Assembly (NCBI RefSeq): GCF_001194135.2
Contig: NC_068988.1
Coordinates: forward strand, 39,027,999 to 39,063,588
Direction of reading: 5' to 3'
Origin: Octopus bimaculoides
Taxonomy: Eukaryota
DNA: 35,590 bases
Shown here: positions 21,998 through 31,989 of the stretch, piece by piece
Layout of the letters: the number at the start of each line of letters is the position of its first letter
Numbering within the stretch: the first letter of the stretch is position 1
Notes under the pieces: generated by a model
Told to the model about the DNA's origin: nothing
Seen by the model: the letters and a program-made list of their open reading frames with translations, nothing else
The model's database searches: none
Translations under genes and position numbers: made by a program

Positions 21998-22492
21998 TAT
22001 GTAGACAGACACACAGACACACTTATATAGGAACATACACACACATACGCGACGGTCATCCGTAGATCTGTAGGATTAACAAGTTCCACTCACTAAGCCA
22101 TATTCGGCTCCATATTATGACATTATAAATTTACGCAAAGTGCCGCGCAGTTAAAAATCGTTATTAATAAATCCAATAGAAAATCATTATTATTATTTTT
22201 ATTTTTTACTAAAACAGCAACTCAGACTAGAAGCACAAACTCAGTGCACTAAATATATATAAGACAATCCAAAACAATTGCTTACGTAGTGAGTGCATCT
22301 AAAGTGCAAAAAAACTAACAAACGATCAGATTGACACTGCTGAATATGAAAGATGCAGCAGTTGTGCGAATGGAGATGATATAGTTAACAAAACAGCAAA
22401 CAACACTAGGCAGAGTGAAGGCAAACAATCAAATGAAAATCAATAAACATGACCACCATTTAAGGGGAGATAACATTCGATGCCAAACCTAC

Positions 22493-22531
22493 ATGCTTTC
22501 ATCATTTCTTGAATTGATAGGGACTGATAAT
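22493..22531 (-). CDS. Putative small exon (N)YQSLSIQEMMKA(L)
   Basis: 39 nt, phase 1-1. Acceptor cctgatcattttctatttAG, donor T|GTAGGT. In frame with both neighbouring candidate exons. Confidence 0.5.
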
Positions 22532-22706
22532 CTAAATAGAAAATGATCAGGAGGTAAAAGTGAACAGCGAAAAACATCAGCATAAAAGATCGAGTTTAGT
22601 TTCAGCTGATTCATGGCAAAGAAATAATTGTGAAGAGAAGAAAACAAAAAAGAAAAGAAAGAAAAACACATATGATATTAGTTATGTTCGTTGTTTTCGG
22701 CATATA

Positions 22707-22740
<34 letters not shown>

Positions 22741-23102
22741 NNNNNNNNNNNNNNNNNNNNNNNNNNNNNNNNNNNNNNNNNNNNNNNNNNNNNNNNNNNN
22801 NNNNNNNNNNNNNNNNNNNNNNNNNNNNNNNNNNNNNNNNNNNNNNNNNNNNNNNNNNNNNNNNNNNNNNNNNNNNNNNNNNNNNNNNNNNNNNNNNNNN
22901 NNNNNNNNNNNNNNNNNNNNNNNNNNNNNNNNNNNNNNNNNNNNNNNNNNNNNNNNNNNNNNNNNNNNNNNNNNNNNNNNNNNNNNNNNNNNNNNNNNNN
23001 NNNNNNNNNNNNNNNNNNNNNNNNNNNNNNNNNNNNNNNNNNNNNNNNNNNNNNNNNNNNNNNNNNNNNNNNNNNNNNNNNNNNNNNNNNNNNNNNNNNN
23101 NN

Positions 23103-23160
<58 letters not shown>

Positions 23161-23205
23161 ACACGCACACAAATGCCTCTGTGTGTATTGTGTTGGCGTC
23201 TTTAC

Positions 23206-23266
23206 TAATAATTTGGCTCAGCTGCGCATTATCTAAAGTTTCGTAGGCATAGGACGCGTTGAACAT
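23206..23266 (-). CDS. Putative small exon MFNASYAYETLDNAQLSQII(N)
   Basis: Acceptor atatgtcttctccattAG. Only phase 0 is open, matching the phase-0 end of the mucin exon. Donor A|GTAAAG. Confidence 0.5.
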
Positions 23267-23869
23267 CTAATGGAGAAGACATATCTTACAACCACGAAAC
23301 TTTAAGTAACGTGCACCCGGCTCAAACTGTTATCACACGTATGTAACACCAATCTAATGTGCTAAATGTTACTTTTATTGTATTCACACACACACACACA
23401 CACACACACCCTCTACAGGCGTATCGCTTGTAAAGTGTTGCTTCGAACACAGTATACAATTCACAATACATCTACTAGGCTTGACAAATATTTAGTAATT
23501 AAAATCTATTACCTGTGTACCGATTTTTTATCGATCTGGTATTAGTTCGATGCTAGTTCTATCATTCAATTAAGAAAGCTTATTTGAAACATTAAAGCTG
23601 GTTTGCTGCTTATAATTCCAGTTGTCCAGTCGGTCTTTATTTGGCTGTTATAACTAGCCAATTATTTCCCAGTTTGATGGATAATAACTGTAAACGAAGA
23701 CCGACTGACTGACTCACAGGAAGTATGAATTCTGAACTCTGAACACATCAGACAGCTTTGTTTTTTTAGTGTTAAACATAAGCATCCTGCATTGATTTGT
23801 CTATCAACCCAAGCAAACCTGAACGATGCAAAAGTTGCAGTAATGTCAATAGCTATGTAGTTATTTGAC

Positions 23870-23871
23870 TT

Positions 23872-23929
<58 letters not shown>

Positions 23930-24008
23930 ATCTCTCTCTCTATCTCTCTCTCTTTTTCTCTCTCTCTCTCTTTTTCTCTCTCTCTCCCTCCCTCCCCTCT
24001 CTCTCATA
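23870..24008. repeat. (TC)n microsatellite running into an assembly gap
   Basis: Direct inspection. Confidence 0.95.
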
Positions 24009-24542
24009 TNNNNNNNNNNNNNNNNNNNNNNNNNNNNNNNNNNNNNNNNNNNNNNNNNNNNNNNNNNNNNNNNNNNNNNNNNNNNNNNNNNNNNNNNNNN
24101 NNNNNNNNNNNNNNNNNNNNNNNNNNNNNNNNNNNNNNNNNNNNNNNNNNNNNNNNNNNNNNNNNNNNNNNNNNNNNNNNNNNNNNNNNNNNNNNNNNNN
24201 NNNNNNNNNNNNNNNNNNNNNNNNNNNNNNNNNNNNNNNNNNNNNNNNNNNNNNNNNNNNNNNNNNNNNNNNNNNNNNNNNNNNNNNNNNNNNNNNNNNN
24301 NNNNNNNNNNNNNNNNNNNNNNNNNNNNNNNNNNNNNNNNNNNNNNNNNNNNNNNNNNNNNNNNNNNNNNNNNNNNNNNNNNNNNNNNNNNNNNNNNNNN
24401 NNNNNNNNNNNNNNNNNNNNNNNNNNNNNNNNNNNNNNNNNNNNNNNNNNNNNNNNNNNNNNNNNNNNNNNNNNNNNNNNNNNNNNNNNNNNNNNNNNNN
24501 NNNNNNNNTATATATATATATATATATGAATTGAATTATAGA

Positions 24543-24673
24543 ATTCTTTAACAAGAACAGTATTGACAGCCACTGCAATGTTTCGGACAGCTAAGCCATC
24601 ATCGGACAGACTGTTGATGGCTTAACTGGCAGAAACATTGAAGTCACTGTCAACAACATTCTTAACAAAGAAT
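24543..24673 (-). ncRNA. Long intronic hairpin (candidate miRNA/hpRNA precursor or ADAR substrate)
   Basis: 63 gapless paired positions around a 5-nt loop (24606-24610): 48 Watson-Crick pairs plus 7 G.U on the minus strand, versus only 1 G.U on the plus strand. Confidence 0.6.
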
Positions 24674-24865
24674 GTTAAGTTTGTACTCTAAAAAATGTAT
24701 TGAGTAACAATTCACCTTAATGTACTATAGCTTAACATAAAAGCAAGCAAACACAATATCTATCTATCTATTTTCTATGTATGTATGTATGTATGTATGT
24801 ATGTATGTATGTATGTATGTATGTATGTATGCATGTATGTATGTATGTATGTATGTATGTATGTC

Positions 24866-24918
<53 letters not shown>

Positions 24919-26132
24919 AGGCACGTTGTGCGTGTGTCTGTAACATATATGCTTTTATAAGCTTGCATGTAATATCTAAACCATCATAGTATCTCTGCAC
25001 ATGAGTTTCTGTCTTTAGATGCGTTTGTATATGTATGCGTATGAACGTCTCTGTGTGCAAATACATACATATACTATATATATATATGTAAGCATATAGT
25101 AAAATAAGTATTCAGATAAAATCAGGTACTGGAAAAAGAAATGCACACGGTAGAATTGGATAAACCTGTGGTTCCAGCCTATAGCTGGTAAATATCAAAT
25201 GAGACATTCCGGTTGTGCTCAGCGGAAACCAACCCTATGAGTATTTAACGCTTAAGAGCTCGTCCAAAGCATGTGTTATGTTAAATTGTACGTTGTTTGT
25301 ATACTCTAGGCTATCCGACAAGCCGTAAATCCCCTTGGTGTATTATAATCAGGTTGATAATAACATACAATGGATAATTGTCAGCCACGCCCCTGCCGTA
25401 TTTTTGGGACATTCTCTTGTTTGTAAAATTACGTCTCATCTGATGAACACGGTGTTTTGTAACGGAGTAATGTTCTCATTCTTCTAATACGTAAGAAACA
25501 GCTGTAATGAACACACACACACACACACACATATATATATGTATATATATATATATTATNNNNNNNNNNNNNNNNNNNNNNNNNNNNNNNNNNNNNNNNN
25601 NNNNNNNNNNNNNNNNNNNNNNNNNNNNNNNNNNNNNNNNNNNNNNNNNNNNNNNNNNNNNNNNNNNNNNNNNNNNNNNNNNNNNNNNNNNNNNNNNNNN
25701 NNNNNNNNNNNNNNNNNNNNNNNNNNNNNNNNNNNNNNNNNNNNNNNNNNNNNNNNNNNNNNNNNNNNNNNNNNNNNNNNNNNNNNNNNNNNNNNNNNNN
25801 NNNNNNNNNNNNNNNNNNNNNNNNNNNNNNNNNNNNNNNNNNNNNNNNNNNNNNNNNNNNNNNNNNNNNNNNNNNNNNNNNNNNNNNNNNNNNNNNNNNN
25901 NNNNNNNNNNNNNNNNNNNNNNNNNNNNNNNNNNNNNNNNNNNNNNNNNNNNNNNNNNNNNNNNNNNNNNNNNNNNNNNNNNNNNNNNNNNNNNNNNNNN
26001 NNNNNNNNNNNNNNNNNNATATTTATGATGATAAATAATTTTACCGATAAAGGTTTTTTTCATACTGAACTACTTGGCAAAATTGTTAATTATTAATTCT
26101 ATTATTAATTGACGATTCTCTGCCCTTATTCT

Positions 26133-26171
<39 letters not shown>

Positions 26172-26456
26172 CTCCGAATACATAGCAAACATCCTGTCTC
26201 TTTAATAGATCTGTGCACTATTCCAAACATACGCATCATACCATCACAGTCCTGCCACGCACACTAGTGAAATGTGAATATTATAACACCGTAACGTATT
26301 ATGTAACCTGATGAGGTTTCGTCTGCACTGTGGAGTGCATTCGATTCCATTATATCATTCCCCATCAACTAAGGAGCAATGCAGAATTAAACGGAAACGA
26401 TCATCATGCTAAATAAAGCTTACAGTACACTCTGTCTTCCCTATCAGTTATTTAAA

Positions 26457-26487
<31 letters not shown>

Positions 26488-26597
26488 TGTATGTATGTAT
26501 GTATGTATGTATGTGTGTATGTATGTATGTATGCATGTATGTGTGTGTTCGTAACCGTCTATGTCACTGAATATAAGGAAATGAATTAAGGGAATAC

Positions 26598-27046
26598 CTT
26601 GGATGTCGATGTTTCTTTGGTCGCTTTTTTGCTTGGGATGGTTACGTAAAATGGTGGGTTAGTTCTACGCGTTGTAGTAGCAGTAGTAGTGGTAGTTGGA
26701 ATAGTAGTAGTAGTGGACTTGGGGGTAGTGGTAGTAGTAGTAGGAGGAGGAGTAGTAGGAGTAATAGTTGTGGCCTCAGTTGGGGTGGTAATGGTGGTAG
26801 AAGTGGTGGCAGATGAAGTAGAAGTTGTAGTAGGGATGATGAATGGGGTTGTAGTGGTAGTAGCAGTGGTTTTAGCACCAAATGTTGCTCCCTTAAATGT
26901 GGTCAAAATGGTGTTCGTTGCAGCGGTGGTGGTTATAGCAGCGCGTGAGCGAACAGTCGAACGACGTTTCGGTCGCTGGGTTCGCATCGGCTTCACCTGG
27001 TTATCAGTTGACACTGGTGGTACAACGGTAATTGGTTTGAGATCGT
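26598..27046 (-). CDS. Thr/Pro-rich mucin-like stalk exon
   Basis: 449 nt. Acceptor ttattatttcAG, phase 1 from the LDLa exon (G|AC GAT CTC = DDLK). Encodes DDLKPITVVPP...RPKRR...TTTTTPKSTTTTIPTTTTT...KETSTSK. Donor AAG|GTATTC (phase 0). Confidence 0.85.
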
Positions 27047-27048
27047 CT

Positions 27049-27050
27049 GA

Positions 27051-27082
<32 letters not shown>

Positions 27083-27150
27083 TAATAATAATAATAATAA
27101 TAATAATTATAGTAGTAGTAATAATAATAATAATAAGAAGAAGAATAAGA
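27049..27150. repeat. (AAT)n microsatellite abutting the mucin-exon splice acceptor
   Basis: Direct inspection. Confidence 0.95.
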
Positions 27151-27159
27151 ATAATAAAG

Positions 27160-27880
27160 AAGGTTTTAAACTTTAGCACAAGACCAGCAATACCAGGGGA
27201 GGGGTAAGTCGATTACATCTACTCCAGTGTTCAACTGATACTTAATTTATCGACCCTGATAGAATGAAAGGCAAAGTCGACCTCGGCGGAATTTGAACTC
27301 AGAACGGTCAAGACGAAGAAATGTCGCTAAGCATTTTGCCCGGCGTGCTAACGTTTCTGTCTTATAAAGTAGGAGGAAAATTCTTTTTCTACTCTAGGCA
27401 CAAGGCCAGAAATTTTGGGGGAAGGGGCCACTCGAATAGATCGACCCCATTACGTAACTGGTACTTAATTTATCGACGCCGAAAGGATGAAAGGCAAAGT
27501 CAACCTCAGCGGAATTTGAACTCAGAACCGTAAAGACGAAGAACTGTTATTAAGCATTTTGCCCGGCGTGCTAACGATTCTGTCAGCTCACCATAATAAA
27601 AAATAAATATAATAATGATGATGACGACGACGACGGCGATGTTTTGAATATTGGCATAAGACCAATAATTTCGATGGAAGAAGGAAATCAATTACATCGA
27701 CCGCCATAATTCGCCTGGTGCTCGTTCCCCTCCTTCACTTTTTCTTTTACTTGACTGGAAGTTTATTTTATCGAGGCCTGAAGGGTGAAAACCAAAGTTT
27801 ACTTTAGTGAGAATTGAACTCAGAATACATATAGTTGTTAGTGACTAACACATAATAACATTTTGTTCACCACTGTAACA
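27160..27880 (-). mobile_element. Three consecutive SINE family A copies (about 27160-27362, 27383-27592, and a degenerate one at 27640-27880)
   Basis: The diagnostic block gaaaggcaaagtc(g/a)acctc(g/a)gcggaatttgaactcagaac occurs twice, with a diverged third copy. Confidence 0.85.
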
Positions 27881-27906
27881 ACTCTGCTAAACTAATTCTA
27901 ACCAAT

Positions 27907-28225
27907 GCTGAGACCCCCTTCGGTCATGAATGACCGTGGGATTGCACATAGAAAGTTACCCTCCAGGTATGGAAGACCAGCAGTCGCCCATGCATACCAG
28001 ACTCCCCTCTCCACGCCACCAGTGTTATCCAATGGAAAGGCAAGGGCCAATACAGCCTGGCACCTGTGACGTCGCAACTCAATTCTACTGCTGAGTGAAC
28101 TGGAGCAACGTGAAATAAAATGTCTTGCTCAAGAACACAACACGCAGCCCGGTCCGGGATTCGAACTCACAACCTCACTATCGTAAGCTCGACGCTCTAA
28201 CCACTGAGCCATGCGTCTACACTTC
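27907..28225 (-). mobile_element. tRNA-derived SINE (family D) with target-site duplication
   Basis: The minus-strand head has A box TGGCTCAGTGGTTAG and B box GTTCGAATCC. TSD CTAACCAAT is at 27898-27906 and 28226-28234. The tail has a CGGTCAT-gaa-TGACCG-type hairpin. Confidence 0.85.
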
Positions 28226-29243
28226 CTAACCAATACTACATTGTAAAAAATAGAATATGACAAACCACAGAAATATAAAATTGTTAACAGAATACACAGA
28301 CAATAGCTAGCGATTACAAATATATGACTGGACGAGTGTATATATAATGGTTACATTGTTGAAGTATTTAAATTTATTCATTTAAGTACTAGGAAGCTAT
28401 TAGTTGAGATAAAGAATTATGTAAGAATGCAAATAATATCATTCTATACTTTCGTTGTGCAAGGGGGAAAAGAAAAACGTGTTTTCAGCCTCCTTATTTA
28501 TTAGAATTTTCAATTATATATTTTTGTTATTCTACTTATTTATATTTTACTATCAATATTTGTTACTAAATTAATGCTGCAACGACAATAATAGAATAAA
28601 TATACGTAAACAATAACAACATTAACAGCAAAGACATCAAGGAGATAAGCAACAATGATAGTTATTGTATCGAATGACGTTGAGAATAGTAACAACGAAA
28701 CATAATAAATAACAACAACAACAACAATAACAACAGCGACAATCACAACAATAACAACAGCAACAATCACAACAACGATGACATCAACAGCTATTGGATA
28801 TTTAGTAATAGCAACTACACTAATAGGAGCAACATTAGCAACACCAGTAGCAATGGTTAGATCACCGTTGCTGGTATACAAGGAAAAAGAAAAGGAAGTA
28901 AAAGACAAGGAAGAGGCTGAAGAGATCGGTAAAACAGCCTCTTGTCATCCAACGGCCGACAGTTATAACGTCCAATCCGGTATAGCAGTATAGTTAGACA
29001 AGTAAGACACGACTGTCTATGATTGACTACTTCGACTTCTTGACGTCACAGTATCTGTAACGACTAACACATACTACTCGTCACCTGTGAGGGGTGTTCC
29101 ATTATTATTATTGTAATCCCCTTAACCCAAATAAAACACTGAAAGCGACAACAAACGCTAGAACTTCAATAGTAACAAATGCAGCAAGAACAAATAGAAT
29201 CGATACATCCATGGTTATACATACATACATACATACATACATA

Positions 29244-29281
<38 letters not shown>

Positions 29282-29502
29282 CTGCACGTATACATACATA
29301 TATACACATATACATCTGCACGTATACATACATACATACATACATGCAAAAATACCCCGTTGATGCTGAAATTCCAATGAAGGGTCTTTAGGTTAGAAAC
29401 CGAATCTTTGTTGACAAGAAATTTTGAAATAAATCTGAATAATGAGATATATACATACATACATAGACATATATGTATGTATGTGTGTGTGTGCGCGCGC
29501 GT

Positions 29503-29890
29503 TAGTGTGGCTTATAGGTGCAGGCGTGGTTATGTGATAAAAAGCTTGCTTCCCAACCACTTGGTTGCGGGTTCAGTTCCATTGCGCGGCACCTTGGACA
29601 AGTGTCTTCTACTGTAGCCTTGGGTCGATTAAAGCCTTGTGAGTGAATTTCGTAGACAGTAATATGTGTGTGTGTGTGTGTGTGAGAATGTGTGTGTGTA
29701 TGTGTGTGTGTGTGTATGTGTGTGTGTGTTTGTATGTGTGTTTAGGTGTGTCTATGTTCCCGTAGATTAGCGTTTCGGCAAAAGAGACCGAATAAGGACC
29801 ATGCTTAAAAGAAAATAAGAACTGAAGTTCTTTGAGGTGCCGGTCAAGCATTGCTAGTCTAGTGACCGAAACAAGCAAAAGATATAAGTA
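29503..29890 (+). mobile_element. SINE family B copy
   Basis: gcgtggttatgtgataaaaagcttgcttcccaaccacttggttgcgggttcagttcc...ccgtagattagcgtttcggcaaaagagaccgaata. Confidence 0.8.
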
Positions 29891-30150
29891 AAAGATATAT
29901 ATATATATATATTGATAGAAAGGACAACAAAAGAAAGAAAGAGACCTCGATATTATGTAAATAGAGGAATTTATCTGTAAAAATATGTGATACTTATTCG
30001 GTAGCCATGATNNNNNNNNNNNNNNNNNNNNNNNNNNNNNNNNNNNNNNNNNNNNNNNNNNNNNNNNNNNNNNNNNNNNNNNNNNNNNNNNNNNNNNNNN
30101 NNNNNNNNNNNNNNNNNNNNNNNNNNNNNNNNNNNNNNNNNNNNNNNNNN

Positions 30151-30194
<44 letters not shown>

Positions 30195-30406
30195 GAATGT
30201 ATAGATATGTATGTATCTATATTATGATGAGTGAGGTGAATAACTTAGGGACACCATCAGTATGAAATACAATAGTTGAATGAGTACTAAAAACTTGATG
30301 TAGTGAATTAAAAAAAAAAGAAAGAAAAATTCAGTAAATTATTTAATAATTGGAGGTGGAACAATATACATTCAATAATAAATATGGCGAAAATACGGCG
30401 ACTCAC

Positions 30407-30532
30407 CACTGTCGTTACAAGACTTTTCATCCATTTCGTTGTGACAATCCGGTTCACCGTCACACAACCAATCCTTTAATATGCAGTGGCTATCACCGCA
30501 AGAGACTTCGTTGTGTTGACAGTTCTGGTTAC
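30407..30532 (-). CDS. LDL-receptor class A (LDLa) domain exon
   Basis: 126 nt, phase 1-1. Acceptor ttttcctgctctttAG, donor G|GTGAGT. Encodes CQHNEVSCGDSHCILKDWLCDGEPDCHNEMDEKSC, with all six Cys and the W-x-CDG-x-x-DC-x-x-x-x-DE calcium-binding motif. Confidence 0.92.
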
Positions 30533-31112
30533 CTAAAGAGCAGGAAAAACAAAAACAAAACATGAAATTAAAGAATTCATTAAAAAGGACACAGCATAAA
30601 ATCTTAGATGCGACAGAAAATGCCGCCCTGTGTAACACCACTCTTTGGTCTTTGGCTGTATTTCAAGTTTTCAAACTATGCTCTTGGTCCCATTCTTCTT
30701 ACCAACAACGGAGGCTATAAAATGGATACGAGTAGTGGTCTTTCTTAACTGAGTAAGCGATAACGAAAAACAAAATTAAAAATAAAAACAAAAGAAAGAA
30801 AAATTGTAGCCCTAGTGATGATGTTATTTTGTCCCAGGTTAAGTCGTGAATATCCCATTGTTATATATAACATGGACTGCATTTTCTAATGTATTCATTA
30901 TTTGAGCCAGTAGAGTTCGATTAAAGAGGTTTGTTACTTTTAGCATATAGATTATCTCATTGGATTGCTTTAGTGATATTCTGCATCGGTAAAAACCAGT
31001 TAACAGCGAAACAATGTGAGAGTTTCTACGCGATCTCATTATTTATATGTATAAGAGTTTTCTTCTTCCAGTAATCCACGTGACTCTCTATTCGCTACGA
31101 ATAAATAAATAA

Positions 31113-31245
31113 TCTTTTCTACTCTAGGTACAAGGCCCGAAATTTTGGGGGAGGGGGCCAGTCGATTAGATCGACTCCAGTATGCAACTGGTATTTAATT
31201 TATCGACCCCGAAAGATGAAAGGCAAAGTCGACCTTGGCGGGATA
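31113..31245 (-). mobile_element. SINE family A, truncated copy
   Basis: ctctaggtacaaggcccgaaattttgggggagggggccagtcgattagatcgac...gaaaggcaaagtcgaccttggcgg. Confidence 0.85.
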
Positions 31246-31386
31246 CAAATAAATAAATAATGACCTTTTCAAACCAAATTTAAATTTAAGCCTTAAACAG
31301 ATAAGCTGAAACGAATTAAAAATGGTAATTATAAATTTGATATTGTAGTAAAAGATAATCCATGTTTGGATAATATTATTTCTAAA

Positions 31387-31744
31387 CATTGGTTCTTAAC
31401 CATTTTTTATCAACGGACTCCTTTGATTACTGCTTTATTCTAGTGGACCGCCCCACATAGGCATTCGTTGTCTAAAACTAACTTTATAGAAACTTCTATC
31501 AAAATTCCTATTTCGTTTATCACGTATCACATATTAACTTGTGTAGTTTGGACTATGTAAAATATCAGAGAAAGAAACCCAGTTGTTTCTTGCAATACAT
31601 ACCAATACATACATCTAAAGCAAGACTTTTCCAGGGCCCTTGAAATAGTATTGTGGATCCCCATTTTACTCATTTGTTGCGTGGACCCCACCAAAAAGAT
31701 TTATATGGATCAGAGACCATCTGGATCCCGGTTGAGAACCACTG
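31387..31744. mobile_element. hAT (Charlie-like) MITE
   Basis: Ends CATTGGTTCTTAACC and GGTTGAGAACCACTG match at 13 of 15 and resemble CAGTGGTTCTCAA-type hAT termini. An 8-bp TSD is not recognisable. Confidence 0.55.
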
Positions 31745-31989
31745 ATTTATTATAATCAATATTGATAGCACAGTCGATGAGGCTGATCTGAAATAAATAA
31801 CAGCTAAGTCTCATTGAAATTCCTTTCTGCTGCCTTTAAAAATGATAGAATTATAGGATAAGGTGTTTGATGTTATTCATTTTGAGACACTATGTTCGAA
31901 ATAGGGAAGGAATGATTATAACTTTTGCTCGATCAAGGCTGACAAGTGCAGCACAGCAACACAAACAACAGCAAATATAACTTGTATGA

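Noticed and set aside
26320-26400. CTGATGA ... GAAAC hammerhead-like motif pair
   Set aside because: The base after CUGAUGA (G) faces a G before GAAA, so there is no stem II closing pair, and I found no stem I/III with an NUH site.
28540-28993. 122-aa hydrophobic minus-strand ORF, 71-aa plus-strand ORF and a strong cryptic acceptor at ~28872
   Set aside because: This is a degenerate (AAC/AAT)n tract. In the phase supplied by the LDLa exon the acceptor gives only ATVI-stop.
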